Shown: positions 32,877 through 45,360, counted from the whole stretch's first letter. The stretch: DNA of 63,992 nt, filler included, from Sanchytrium tribonematis (GCA_018985235.1; 6 parts of 6 records of this genome joined end to end with filler, not necessarily neighbours in it), one strand, 5' to 3'. Made by a program: numbers and translations. The notes: generated from the letters alone by a model not told the origin.

Positions 32877-33025
32877 TCAATAAATTTACATGTTACCCAC
32901 ATGGATCTGACATGTCGATCTGTAATATTTGTATCACGTCATGTTGAAATTGCCAATATCCCCTCTCATTTACACCAAATGATTTGTGATCTATTTAAAT
33001 GATCCACATCATCTCCTCATTACAA

Positions 33026-33898
33026 ATGATCTTTACGCTACTCTTCGCATACGCCTCTGATGGTATTCTTCAAAGTTCCTATGTGACTGTCAATACTGGT
33101 AAAGAAGAACTTTATGGCAAATTCCGTCCTCAAGTTAAAAAATTAGGCAATTCTGTTATCAAATCATTCAAAATAGAGTATGATGATAATACTTATGCGA
33201 CTCCCAGCGTGGCAATGATTAAAAAACAAGTATTTGATGATCTTGCAAATGAAATCGATATTTTATCTCAACTAGATCATGAGAATATCATCAAAATTGA
33301 ATCAAATAATGAATCAAATGATGAATTGGATGAATTGAGTTACAAGATGCCTTACTATAATTATGATTTGCTTACCTATACTAAAACCACAAATCAATTT
33401 GTTTACAAAATCATCTACCAAATACTGAATGCAATGAATTACACGAGATATGATAATGTAGCACACAGGGATATCAAACCAGATAATATAATGATTGATG
33501 ATGAAAATAATGCCATTTTAGCTGATTTTGGATTTGCGACAAGAGATGTGGCCAGTGAAGATTTTGCTGGGACTAGAGATTATGCAGCACCAGAAGTATT
33601 AATGTGTTTAGATAAGAATGAATCATGCAGCTATGATCCAAACCAGTCTGATTTATTCTCATTGGGAATCATGATTCGCAAACTATTAAAAATCAAAATT
33701 TTACCACTTTTTACACAAAGAACATTCGATCAAATTTGTACCACTAATTTAAGCAAGAATTTAAATACAAAATTATCAGAAAATGATCCCATGATTGCAA
33801 TAAAAGCCATGACGCTATCACTAATGCAATGTCAAACAAATAAGAGACCCTCTGCAGAATATTTATTGCAAACGATGAAATTTGAAAATTGGATTTAA
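33026..33898 (+). CDS. Ser/Thr protein kinase with signal-like leader
   Basis: VIKS, NEIDIL, HRDIKPDN, DFG, GTRDYAAPE, SDLFSLG; leader MIFTLLFAYA (alternative ATG 32999). Confidence 0.88.
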   Translation: MIFTLLFAYASDGILQSSYVTVNTGKEELYGKFRPQVKKLGNSVIKSFKIEYDDNTYATPSVAMIKKQVFDDLANEIDILSQLDHENIIKIESNNESNDELDELSYKMPYYNYDLLTYTKTTNQFVYKIIYQILNAMNYTRYDNVAHRDIKPDNIMIDDENNAILADFGFATRDVASEDFAGTRDYAAPEVLMCLDKNESCSYDPNQSDLFSLGIMIRKLLKIKILPLFTQRTFDQICTTNLSKNLNTKLSENDPMIAIKAMTLSLMQCQTNKRPSAEYLLQTMKFENWI

Positions 33899-34040
33899 TA
33901 TTATTAATAAATATTTATTGAATCATGCCTGTAGATATTTGGATATCTTTAAATTTAGCATATGTATCTTGATTTGGACTCCAACTGACATCTGATCCAC
34001 CATAAAACATGACAAATAAAATCGTGTCAATTTGAATATG

Positions 34041-34140
34041 NNNNNNNNNNNNNNNNNNNNNNNNNNNNNNNNNNNNNNNNNNNNTTAATTAATTAANNNN
34101 NNNNNNNNNNNNNNNNNNNNNNNNNNNNNNNNNNNNNNNN
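34041..34140. other. Artificial contig linker
   Basis: N-TTAATTAATTAA-N, 100 nt. Confidence 0.98.
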
Positions 34141-34142
34141 CA

Positions 34143-34964
34143 ACCGATTTAGATGTTAAATTATGGAGCGCAATTAATCACAAAAATTTTCTTCCTCTTT
34201 TAAAATTTTTTAAAGAAAGAAATCTTAATTGTGCTATGTATCCGAAGCTCAGTTGTTCAAATTTATACGATTGTATAAAAAACTTGTCTAAAAAATTCAC
34301 CGAAAATCAGTGTATTGGGCTTTTACGCACTTTATTGTCAGCTGTTGATTACATTCATGATCTTAATATCACCCATAATTACATAAATTCAAAAGTTATC
34401 TATTTCAATCCTGAAAATTTTCAATTACAAATTGGCGGCTTAAACCACTTGAAATTGCATGAAAATGGGAGCACCACATTTGCTAAAAACAAAAAGGAAG
34501 ACATGTCAAACATTGGGATTGTAGCCTTACAAATGATTTGTGGAAAAATTGCGTTAGGTAAAGTTACTAAGCATTTCTTAGGCTATCTAAAGATGACCTC
34601 ATCGTCAAGAAAGTTAATATCGCAGTTAATTTTCAAAGGAGCACTGTTGAAATCGTCAAATCAACCTACTGTTATTGAAAATAACTGTCGAGTCGACTCA
34701 TATGTTTGGAATCACCTGCCAACTACTCATTTTTTTGACCAGGTAAGGCATTATCCCATGAGATTACAATGTGAAATGATTAAAACATACTTGAACCAAA
34801 GCAATCCTGATTTCCGTATGCTTTACGCCAAATTGAAAGAGTCTGTCAACTACAGCAGAGATTACAGGCAGTTTATGAGCGTAAATGTGGATCTGGCTGC
34901 GGACGACGCAGATTTTTTGCTAATCCTAGAGCTTATGTATTTTGAACATACCCTGTATTTATAA
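34143..34964 (+). CDS. Pseudokinase-like fragment, 5' cut by contig start
   Basis: AVDYIHDLNITHNYINSKVI in place of HRD; IGGL in place of DFG; DMSNIG. Confidence 0.65.
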   Translation, partial: TDLDVKLWSAINHKNFLPLLKFFKERNLNCAMYPKLSCSNLYDCIKNLSKKFTENQCIGLLRTLLSAVDYIHDLNITHNYINSKVIYFNPENFQLQIGGLNHLKLHENGSTTFAKNKKEDMSNIGIVALQMICGKIALGKVTKHFLGYLKMTSSSRKLISQLIFKGALLKSSNQPTVIENNCRVDSYVWNHLPTTHFFDQVRHYPMRLQCEMIKTYLNQSNPDFRMLYAKLKESVNYSRDYRQFMSVNVDLAADDADFLLILELMYFEHTLYL

Positions 34965-35023
34965 CCAATAAAATATATATTAAAGATTCACCCAGCAAGG
35001 AGAATTTTTTCGAAACAAAGCGA

Positions 35024-38000
35024 ATGTCGCATCTTGAAATCCATAGTGCGATTTCAAGGCTTAAACGGAAAATGAATCTGAAGGTGCAAGCACATCCTCT
35101 TAGTGAAAGCAAGAGAGATATTGAAAAGAATATTGCATTGATTCATGCAATTGACGCTAAAAATATTGATCTTGAACTTGTAACGCATTTATGCAATTGC
35201 TTGGATTCTCCTAAGCTAAATGATGCTACTCTGTCCACCAATATATTTCTACACGGTCTTTCTGTTGTTTACCATTTGTTGAGAATAAGCGATTCCGAAA
35301 ATCTAGTGACGAAACGATTGTATCAATCTATTCTGGGGAAATTGAAGGAAAGCCCATCTTTAATATCTCAAATTTATTGTAAAGAGTATTTCTTAGAATT
35401 TTGCCATCACGCCAAAGATATTTTACCTTATGTATATGGACTGTTTCAAAATTCAGAGCCCGATTATCAAAAACTTATAACTGAAAAGGAGGTCATATCT
35501 AGTGGTCCGCTTGACGTGTTTTGCAAGCCCAAGATAGCAAATTCTTCTCTTATTGCAAATCTAAACAAACTAGTACGATTCGGAACAAATGAAGCTATGA
35601 CCTGTGCAACGTTGATTACTATAGTACTCAAAAACTGCCCAACCTGGTACTTGGATTATTTGACGGAATGTCTCATCCAAAACCAGAAATACCCAGATAT
35701 TTCTTCATTGAATGTAATTTTTAATTTTTTATACCTTTCGCACCATTATCCTGATCTTAAAGCCCATATTTTGAATATTGTTGATACAAATTTACATTCT
35801 ATTGGGGATAAAAACTCTCTCATCGCAGTGGGTGAATTAATTGCTAATTGTGTGCCGTTTGATAGTGTTGCATGGTTATACTCTTTCATGGATTCAGCTC
35901 AAGCAAAGGGACTTCACTTAAAGCCTGTCATGTACATAGCATGTGGATTTATATCCTGCCATGTGGACCAGCCCAAAACCCTTGATTTGGCTATTTCTCA
36001 GCTTTTAAGAGTTGTTACAAAAAGTTTAAAGAGCTCAAATCAACCAGATTTGAGTATTAAGACCCTTGGAAAGGAGATGTCCCTCAATATCACAAAGAAA
36101 TTAAATGAGGTCTTTTCTGGAGGTGCAACTCCAAATGAAATGTTGAAAGTACAGCATCAGCAAGCCTTACGAAGTATGGTTAGTTTAACAAATTTTGATG
36201 AACTAAGCGACCCTTTATTTGTTTTAGTAGACGTATTAACTATTATTGCGCAATATATTATTGGATCCTGCAGTGATTATGCACCCCAATTTCTGTGTGG
36301 TTGGCAGTTTAATCGTAAAGAGAGCGAATCCAAGACTGACAGCTTGAGCTTGTACTCTGATATACTACAAAATTTGGCTGATTTGGCTCAAGGGCAAAGT
36401 AGCGGTATTCTTATGAAACAAAAATTGGAACTTCAAAATGGCCCAGTCCACGATGCGTTATTTTTACATGTACTAGATTCATTTCTCGATTTGGCTGATG
36501 CTTCCTTGGGTAGCCCAAAATATCATTCAGCATTGCTTAGTATAGCGTTAAGTCTTTTCGAGCAAAAAAGCTGGAATATTCTTAAATTGGTTGATGATAA
36601 AGATTTATTCAAGGAATATGTGAACAGCTTTGGGATAGGTGGCGATTTTTCTTTTGGGACAATTAGCAAAATTGCACAAAAGGAACTGTTTCCTGTAGTG
36701 CCCTTAATTGAGAAAATATTGTGCGATAGAGGCAAGGTCTTTGTCGACGCAGTGGTACAAGAACCAAGTCTCGATTTATTTATGAAAAGCATAGACAATT
36801 ATAATGATTTTGTTTCACAATTTCGAGCTTTTTGGGTCTTTTTTTCTTTGTTCAACTTTGATTCTATGGTGGGTGAAATGAGTGAAAGCTTTACAAGAAT
36901 CGCGTTCTTTTCACCGGTTTTGTTTCCACCTATCGTTTCTCAGTCTCAAGAAGAAGAAATTGGATATAAGAAAACTTTAGATTATAATCCATACAGAGAA
37001 GTATTTACCAGTGATCCACGATTAGGTCTTATCGGAAGTGCGAAGATTTTGCTTACTTTTGGGGAAATTTTTCGTTTACGACTTAAAGATGTTATTAGAG
37101 ACACTAGTGTCAAAGAAGGGCTATCAGAGAGCCAAATGAATTATTTGAGTGCTCAGGAATGTTTGCACCTTTTGGCAATTTTTGATTTGGAATACAAGAG
37201 GGTTTTGGCTGGTCGCCACGAGTTTGTGAATTATCTTGCCGCATTTGATTTGAGCACTGGAGCTCAGGCCGCATCAACTAGTTACAAACATTCTCAAGGA
37301 TTTATTTTATTTAAGAGTTGTCTGAGGGCGGCAGTTTCTAAGATTTTAGAGATATATTTGATCAGCGCAACTACTACTACCCTTATCGACTATTATGAAA
37401 TGATTGAATCCGACAGAGAAAAATATAAATGGGTTTATTTGGAAAAGCAAGCACAGCATCTACTGTTTCACTGTTGTTGCCATCCATTAAGCGAAGTCCA
37501 TAAATTTAGTGTGGCATTTATAGAAGAGCTCTTGAAAAAATATCCTGCTCTTATGTGGAGCAAAGGAATGCTTTTTCTTTGCTTAGACTTGATTCAAATA
37601 TTAAACAAAAGCGTTATGGACATCGAGAGAAGCACCTGCTGTTTTTACTACCAGGTGCCTTCTGCAGGTAGGAGGCTCTATTTGCCAGATGATCTTGACC
37701 ATAGGAAGTTAGTTTACAAAGATCTTTCTACCTTTTTAGTTGGATGGATTGAAATTGGCGCGAAAGAGTCTGAGAGCGAATCTTACATTGTCATTAGGGA
37801 ATACATTATGAAGGGACAATTGCAAAGTTTTTGGAGTGCGGATCAGCACAAAGGTATATACATCGCTATGGATGTTCTTAAGAGGCTCCAAGAAACCGAG
37901 AAGAATCACATTATGTCATTGAGAAATTTCGAGGGCAAAATTGCTGTCCAGAGTTTCTACGAGGGCTACACCAATGTATTGACCCTTAATCAGGGATTTA

Positions 38001-40625
38001 AAAACATTGAACCTGAAATTCTTCAATTTTTAAAGCACACTGAATTTTCTGACTTTGAGCGGATTGAGCGGCTCCTACACCTGGCGGCTGAATATTTAGC
38101 ACTTCCCAATAATGTCGCTTCTTTCGTTTTTGCAAAATTTTTGATCTGGGTTCCTGTTAAAAGTTTTGAACCAAAGCTTGTAATGCTTGGAGTGTCGCTT
38201 TGGAGTTGGGTCATTTATAGAAACGCAGATATCGAAGACCGATTTTTAAGTGAAGTCGTGAAAGCATTTCAATGGACTGCCAAACATAAGATGGGCATAT
38301 TTAATATTGCGCAGCTTAAAACGAAAGACCCATTTAAATCTAAAATTAGTTACTCGGTCGATCAAACTCTTAAAGTCCCCAGAATTTTTTCCCACAGACT
38401 CGTCAGTTGTCATGCTATGCAGCTAAAATTTTTGATTGACCGAGTCAATAGTGGAAGTTGGAATCCATATCTTTTGTCTAAAAATGTCATTGACTTGTTT
38501 TCAAGTGTTATAGCTGCCAAGGTGGCTAGCCATGCTTCTGTAAGACCATGCTTTCTGTTATTTATTTCGTTGGGCTTTCGTTTGGTTCGGCAATATCAAG
38601 AATTTGATCACACAACTATATCGTTGTTAGAAAAAGTTTTTGAGGTAGCAATGCAATGGTTTAGTAACCCTGCGGAATGGTATGATGGAGAAAATCAATT
38701 TTATCCTCTTGATGAGTGCAAAGTGATGCTTGATCTTTTCGATGCTGTTGATAATTTTTCATTTTCAAATTCAACTTTAAATTATAAGACCGTGGGAATG
38801 GATATTAATGAGAGATTGGAAATATTTTCAAGGCAGAAAAGAATTTTCCTACTATTTCTAGAAAGCGAAATAGAACATGTGAACTTAAGCAAAGATCCAC
38901 TTAACGCAAAATTTGACAAACCTTTCATTCGGTTTTCTGCTACGTTGGATAGCAAGCAGTATGTGCTGCTAACAACAGACGCTTGGAATATTGATCCAAA
39001 ATTAGCTTTTAGAATGATTCAGAGATATCCAAAGGAGCTCACTATTCAGCAAACTTTTAAAAATCTTATAATGACGGAACCTGACAAAATTAAGAACTTT
39101 GATGAAGCAGTTCTATTTTTGGCAAACAGTACAACCGAACTACAAGTTTTAAATATTGTTACGCCAATTCATCCGTTAAGAGCCATAACATTCTTTTTAC
39201 CACCCCATGGGCAAAATCCTCAAATTTTACAATATGCTTTGAGATCTTTGCAGCAATATCCCATTGAAAACACTTTCTTTTTTATTCCTCAAGTTGTTCA
39301 AGCTTTAAGATATGATGTTTTAGGCTACGTTGAGCAATTTGTATTACGAGCAGCAAAAGCTTCACCCAAGTTTAGTCATCAAATTATATGGAATATGAAA
39401 GCAAATTTTTATTCAGATACTGAACTCGGAACACCGGACCCAATGAAGCCCACATTCGAAAAAATCATCAAAAAGATTGAAAATTTGTTTGAGGGTGAAG
39501 CACTTTCCTTTTACAAAAGAGAATTTGATTTTTTTGCAAAGGTCACAAACATTAGTAAGATTCTCAAGCCTTTTGTCAAAGAAAGCAAAGATTATAAAAA
39601 GCGTAAGATTGACGATGAACTTTCCAAAATTAAAGTTGATGTCGGAGTCTATCTTCCTAGTAGTCCAGAAGTGACGGTTATTGACATCGATTATTCCAGT
39701 GGAAAGCCTCTTCAAAGTCACGCAAAGACTCCATTTATGGCCACATTTAAGATCTGTAAAGATATTCCAGAGGAAGGACAAGATATGATACCCGATGATC
39801 AAAAGAAAACCAAAGAAGTTGTTTCCTTCCAAGGAGCTATTTTCAAAGTTGGTGATGATTGTAGACAGGACGTATTAGCTTTGCAATTAATTGCAGTTCT
39901 AAAAAATATCTTTGAGTCAGCTGGTTTAAATACGTATTTATTTCCATATAGAGTTGTTGCATCAGATCCTGGCTGTGGCGTGATTGAGGTCATTCCTAAT
40001 TCTATTTCTAGAGATATGATCGGCAGAGAAAAAATTAATTCTTTAACAGAATACTATGTTTCTAAATTTGGAAATATGCATTCTATTGAATATCAAAAAG
40101 CGAAAAGGGCATTTTGGGAAAGTATGGCAGCATACTCTATTGTTCTGTACCTATTGCAAATCAAAGATCGTCACAATGGAAATATTATGATCGATTCAGC
40201 TGGTCATATTGTCCACATCGATTTTGGATTTATTTTAGACATTGCACCTGGTGGTAATTTAATTTAAAATAGGAATCAAATTCGAGGGTGCTGATTTTAA
40301 GTTAACAACTGAAATGATAACATTAATGGATAATCAAAATGGATTGGCATATCGTCGATTTAGAGAATTGACTGTGCGAGCATTTCTCGCATGTCGTCCA
40401 TTTGCTGATGATATTGTTGATACTGTACGGTTAATGGCTGATAGTGGCTTACCCTGTTTTAAGGGTACCAACACTATAAGCAAATTGAGGTCTCGTTTTA
40501 AATTAGAATTGAATGAAAGAGAAGCTGCAATTTTTATGATTGATGTTATTGACAAAAGCTACGAGAATTATCGGACTGTCATTTATGACTCCTTTCAGAA
40601 ACAAACAAACGGAATACCTTACTAA
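35024..40625 (+). CDS. STT4: Phosphatidylinositol 4-kinase STT4/PI4KA, two exons (19-nt intron 40254-40272), 1860 aa
   Basis: LQSHAKTPF, FKVGDDCRQD, KDRHNGN, HIDFG; splicing gives APGGIKFEGADFKLT and the GIPY terminus. Confidence 0.97.
40254..40272 (+). other. 19-nt spliceosomal intron (STT4)
   Basis: GTAATTTAATTTAAAATAG. Confidence 0.88.
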
Positions 40626-40629
40626 TAAA

Positions 40630-41100
40630 TCATGTTTGTTTATTAAAGGCATCTACATGCGCTTTGTAATCTAAAGCAGAGGAATGTATTTGGGTTAAAT
40701 CGCAAATTTGCTGCCTAACTTCTTGCCTTTCCTCAATATCATCGAACCATATGGATATAACATCGTCTGTATGTCGAATACTTAATACCAGCCCAAGTGC
40801 ATTTAAAACACCATCGCATAAACCTAATAACAATATTTCATAGAACCTTCTACTGTATTGCTTATTCAGTCTAATGCTCCATTTGCCTCCATTAACACTA
40901 GACTCCCAAGTCGGTACTATATCTTTACGAAAAAAATGAATATCACTAATTGGAATTAAATCAAAGTTCAAATGGCAATATACACTCCAAAACTCATCCG
41001 CGTTAGTCATGGAATTTAATTTGAGCAAATGCTTTGTATAATCTGTTATTTTAACACCCGTGGGACGGTGAATGAACCAGAGAGTAAGTGGGGTTTGCAT
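40630..41100 (-). CDS. EIF4E2: eIF4E class II (4EHP-like)
   Basis: FWSVYCHL, PTWE, NGGKW, VLSIRHTDDVISIW, YKAH. Confidence 0.82.
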   Translation of the reverse strand: MQTPLTLWFIHRPTGVKITDYTKHLLKLNSMTNADEFWSVYCHLNFDLIPISDIHFFRKDIVPTWESSVNGGKWSIRLNKQYSRRFYEILLLGLCDGVLNALGLVLSIRHTDDVISIWFDDIEERQEVRQQICDLTQIHSSALDYKAHVDAFNKQT

Positions 41101-41135
41101 TTGTATCAAAAAATTTGAAAAATCTTGGGAATTTA

Positions 41136-41726
41136 TTAATCCCTTTTGGCTTTTTTCTTGGGTAGGCCGAGGCTGCTTTCGAAATCAGCCCTTTTCCTTT
41201 GTTTCTGAGATGCCTCTACAATTGCGGTTTGGCATCTTATACTAAAATGGGAACCTTCAAAAATTTCCTTAGATTTTCTTATTTTGTTATCCTCGATGGA
41301 AATATATTCATTTTTGCAAGACTTGATCAAAAATTTCTCGCTTTCCACCTTGATGAAAAATTGCTCGGCCGGACCAAGAGCAGCACTAATAAAATCAAGA
41401 TCAGAATTGAGATAAAATCCTTGTGAATTTGTGATCCCCACAAATGAGAAGAACTTCCGGAATACAAAAACTTGAGATACATTGGACGGCGACTCTTCTA
41501 TTGTTTGCAGATGAAAACCTTGAATTTCATCAAATGCAATACATTTGCCGTTTTGGTGAATGATACTAGGGCCGTAAACTTCCTCAACACTTTTACAATC
41601 GAACCATCTATTGCTTTCTTCGGAGTCTGCTTTGGGTTCTTTTCGAGAAAAATTGGGGGTTTTCTCTGGCTTTTCAAGCTTTTTGTGTCCTTTGAAATTC
41701 AATTTTGTTTTACGAATCTTGTCCAT
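41136..41726 (-). CDS. FRG1: FRG1-like protein
   Basis: KLNFKG, W...GP, PSNVSQVF, ALGPAEQF, IRCQ. Confidence 0.78.
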   Translation of the reverse strand: MDKIRKTKLNFKGHKKLEKPEKTPNFSRKEPKADSEESNRWFDCKSVEEVYGPSIIHQNGKCIAFDEIQGFHLQTIEESPSNVSQVFVFRKFFSFVGITNSQGFYLNSDLDFISAALGPAEQFFIKVESEKFLIKSCKNEYISIEDNKIRKSKEIFEGSHFSIRCQTAIVEASQKQRKRADFESSLGLPKKKAKRD

Positions 41727-41792
41727 TCTCCTTTAAAATTTAAATTTATTTTTGAACGCTCTTCGTCTCTTATGGGGTTATATTTATTACGC

Positions 41793-42945
41793 TTATCGTG
41801 TAGGATCTGCTTCTCCCAACTTGCTACGACTCCAAAATCGAGTAGCACAATCATTTGAGCCAGTGGCTAAAACATGCCCAAGAGGATGCCAATCCATAGT
41901 CCAGATGGCTTGGTCGTGGGCACTATTGACAAACCCGATAGGAGTTTGGTGCGAAGTGGACCAATAAAATATATCGCCCGTAATTGTACCGCTTGCAAAA
42001 CAGTTTTCATACACCGGATGCCATTTCGCGACCGAAACATCTTTTTGAGTACCTTTAAATGTCTGTAATTCTTTTCCGGTTCTAATATCCCATAATTTTA
42101 GCAGTTGATCCTTGCTGCCAGTCAAAAGGTGAAATCCATTTTTGTTAAATTCAGTGACATGTACGGTATTTTTGTGAGCATGTAAAGTCAAAAGACATCT
42201 CGCCGTTCTAGCATCCCAGAGCTAAGTGAAAATAATATACTTTGACCAAATTATCCTTACTGCCACTGACAATCAAGGATGAATGTGGATGCCAATCAAC
42301 AGTTTTAACATCCCACCCATGTCCTGTTAATGATGATTCTTCCACGCCTGACGCAAAATCAAATATTTTGACAGATTTATCATCAGATCCAGATACAAAT
42401 TTGGCATCACTGCATGAAAACGCCAATCCTCTGACAGGTTCTTCGTGAGCCTTTATAATTTTGATATTGTTCAAGGACTGTTGAAAATATTTAATTATTC
42501 CATTTTGGTCTCCTATTAGTAAGAAATTATCGTTGTAAGACCATTTCATAATCTTGATGGCTGATTCGTGAGCTTGCTGAATGGTCTCAAAATTGAACGT
42601 CAATGAGTTCCAAAGTGTCAATTCCCCACTGTTACTTGCAGTTATTAATCTTCGTCCATCTGGGTAATAAATAATTGCGCCAATGGGAGATTTGAACTTG
42701 TTTATAGCTGTATGTATAAATCTCGTACAGATAGCGGAGCCACAATTTGGATATGCATGAGGTGGTAAATTGGCTAAAGTAAAATTTGGAATAGGTGGTG
42801 TTGTGGAAGGTATAGATTTGATACCATAAAATGGATGCGATTTTTCGTAAAGGAAATGGCAGTAATAATCAACGGTTTTTCTTACAAATGCTTTTTGTAA
42901 ACGTTTTGCAAATTCTACGTACTCGCCAGGTTGTTGCTGATCCAT
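41793..42945 (-). CDS. PFS2: Polyadenylation factor Pfs2/WDR33, two exons (19-nt intron 42222-42240), 377 aa
   Basis: RKTVDY, SGELTLWN, FNFETIQQAH, GHGWDVK, HPLGHVLATGSND; splice gives LVKLWDAR. Confidence 0.95.
42222..42240 (-). other. 19-nt spliceosomal intron (PFS2)
   Basis: GTATATTATTTTCACTTAG. Confidence 0.93.
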
Positions 42946-43114
42946 AAATTGCAAGATGAAAACACAAGGAGTATTTTCTTTTCCAAAAATGATGGCATCT
43001 GCCTTATTTTGAATACATCGGCAGATTTATTGTCAAATTAATTCGCGATTATTTGTCATTTTAAAATGTGTCATTCTTTCGGCACTAAATTTTTCCTTGT
43101 AACAATTAATTTCA

Positions 43115-44195
43115 ATGGACGACACAAGTTCTCAGTTCAGCTTGGACATACCAGCAGAAATCAAAGAACAATTTGCTAGCGAAGACAATATCGAAGATAT
43201 AATTGAGATGTTAGAAAGTCGAAAAACTCAAAAGCAATCCGTTTATCCTAGATTGTTGGGATATCTAATCTCTGCCTCAGAAGTGAGCCATCCTGAAGAT
43301 CTTGTAGATATTATATTGAAAGAAAGATTGAACGAATTTACTGCTAGATCCCTGGCCATTTTGTATTTGTTTACTGATCATGGACTACGGGATTCCATAA
43401 ACTATTTATTTAAAGAAATTCAAGGCGATTATCAAAAATCAATAGCTCACATTAGTGCTGCATTTATTGTTTTTATTGCTTCCGAGGATGAAGAAAGCAC
43501 CTTAAAATTAATTGCTTTGCTACAGTCGAAGTGCAAACGATCTGAGAAATATCACAAATCTTATCCCCAATCGCTCATATCAGCTTTAACAAGCATATTT
43601 GTGTTAAGTACAACAATAGAAGATGAGCAATTCATTAATTTATCAAAAGATTTGATTCCGGACTTAGTTTTCTACGCTGAAAACGATAATTTGGAGTTGA
43701 GTCTCGGCTGTGCTGAAATCTTGGCTTTTATATTTCAAAAATATCAAACCCTGGGTGTATTTAATAGTTATGTAGGTAGGCTTCGAATACAAGTCAAAGT
43801 TGAATCAAATTTTACAAATAAAAATGGCAGCTACAAACAAGAATTTGGCTAAAAAGGACAAGCAAAATACCGTACGTCGGCTGAAGGCTGTAAGTGGTAC
43901 AATTTCTACTGGAAAAGGTCCCTCAGTCAAACCACTAAAACATGAAGGAAAATTATTTTTAATGGATGATTGGACTTCTTACATACGAATGAAACTACTT
44001 AGAACGATTATGGGTAGTGGGCTACATCATCATCTAAGCATACACCACATTTTCGATGGAATGTTTGAGGTTGTTGAAGACGCAAAGCTAGATCGCTTAG
44101 CACTTCACAATCTGAGAATTCAACAAAAAGATCGAGACGCTCGACAAAACAGCGAACGTATGCACAAAAAAGAATCTTCTTTCCTAGGAGAATAA
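43115..44195 (+). CDS. IFRD-like helical protein, two exons (19-nt intron 43757-43775), 353 aa
   Basis: Two overlapping ORFs joined by GTATTTAATAGTTATGTAG; NLAKKDK, W...LRTIMGSGLHHHL resemble IFRD C-terminal blocks. Confidence 0.72.
43757..43775 (+). other. 19-nt spliceosomal intron (IFRD-like)
   Basis: GTATTTAATAGTTATGTAG. Confidence 0.8.
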
Positions 44196-44204
44196 AGCTT
44201 GATT

Positions 44205-45245
44205 TTATTTCACCTTCGGCAATTTTCTTTTTAATAATTTTTCAATATTTATGTTGTCTAAAGATGAGTCTGTGTCTCCCAAAATCTCTTTTAGATCAAC
44301 CATTAAAAGTCTTTCAAAAGTAGCTGGACGCTTCTCCACTTTAGTGGATTTAGCTTCCACAACTAGATCTTTCTCTCCTAATTCACTTAGCTTTTGCTTC
44401 AATTTTTGAATTTCCGACTTATCATTATGAGAAATGGCAACAGTTAGCTGTCGTTTCAAGTTTAATTTCAATAAAGTTGCATTTTCACCAAGAGTTTTTT
44501 TCCTTTCGTTAATGATATGGGCCAATTCTTCCTCTGTGAGGTGCTTATTGAGGGCGTCATGCAAAACTTCCTTCTTTCCCTCAACTTCTTCTTCTTGTAG
44601 ATATCTAATTTCAGTTGGGTTTCTCTTAATGTCATCTTGCATCTTTCTCATCCATCTTGTCCATTCATCCGAAATAAATGGTTGGTTTGAAACAGTATCC
44701 ATGTAAATGCGAGTTTTATCAGTTCCGTAGCGTATCATAAGACACTTTTGAGTTTTTAGATCAGGCGTTAAATTGTACATCTTATGATCTACTACTTCAA
44801 TTACTTCACAGATTCTGCAAGTACCTTCTCGAACAGGTATCCTCACAAATGACCCAACAACTATATCTTCAAAATCACTTCTGAAAACAATTTGAATCAA
44901 ACTATTACGGGAGATCCGAATCGAATTAAGTTGCGCTAAATCTGGCGGTTTAGTTTCACTTCTTTCACGCTTGTCTCTAACCCGATAAGTAACATCATCA
45001 CTATCCTCTTTTACAAGAAATTCTTCGCCCGATGATTCACCTGATTCCGATTCAAAGGTATCTCTATTTTTGCGAGTTTTACCGCCTCTATTTCTTAACA
45101 TTTCTGCTAGTTTTCGCTTGTCTTCTTTAATTTGATTTTTTTCAGCTTCTTCAGCAAGCTTTTGCTCAATCTCCAATTCATTCAACCCAGATGCCTCCTC
45201 CTCATCTGCAATCAATCCGTACAATTCTTCATCGAGATCACTCAT
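44205..45245 (-). CDS. RTF1: PAF1 complex subunit Rtf1 (Plus3 domain)
   Basis: NELEIEQKLAE, IRISRN, VVGSFVRI, VSNQPF. Confidence 0.88.
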   Translation of the reverse strand: MSDLDEELYGLIADEEEASGLNELEIEQKLAEEAEKNQIKEDKRKLAEMLRNRGGKTRKNRDTFESESGESSGEEFLVKEDSDDVTYRVRDKRERSETKPPDLAQLNSIRISRNSLIQIVFRSDFEDIVVGSFVRIPVREGTCRICEVIEVVDHKMYNLTPDLKTQKCLMIRYGTDKTRIYMDTVSNQPFISDEWTRWMRKMQDDIKRNPTEIRYLQEEEVEGKKEVLHDALNKHLTEEELAHIINERKKTLGENATLLKLNLKRQLTVAISHNDKSEIQKLKQKLSELGEKDLVVEAKSTKVEKRPATFERLLMVDLKEILGDTDSSLDNINIEKLLKRKLPKVK

Positions 45246-45360
45246 TTAAAGGGGTAATATTTCTAAAAATCGTCGAAACAAGATTTATTTGCAAAACGAC
45301 TTAGAAGCATTTTCTGTGAACAATGCTTGGTCCAGATTCATCATATTCTTGTTTTGAGAT

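Noticed and set aside
40251..40272. Alternative 22-nt intron in STT4 using GT at 40251
   Set aside because: The donor would be GTG and the conserved PGG would lose a Gly; the 19-nt form fits both protein and intron consensus.
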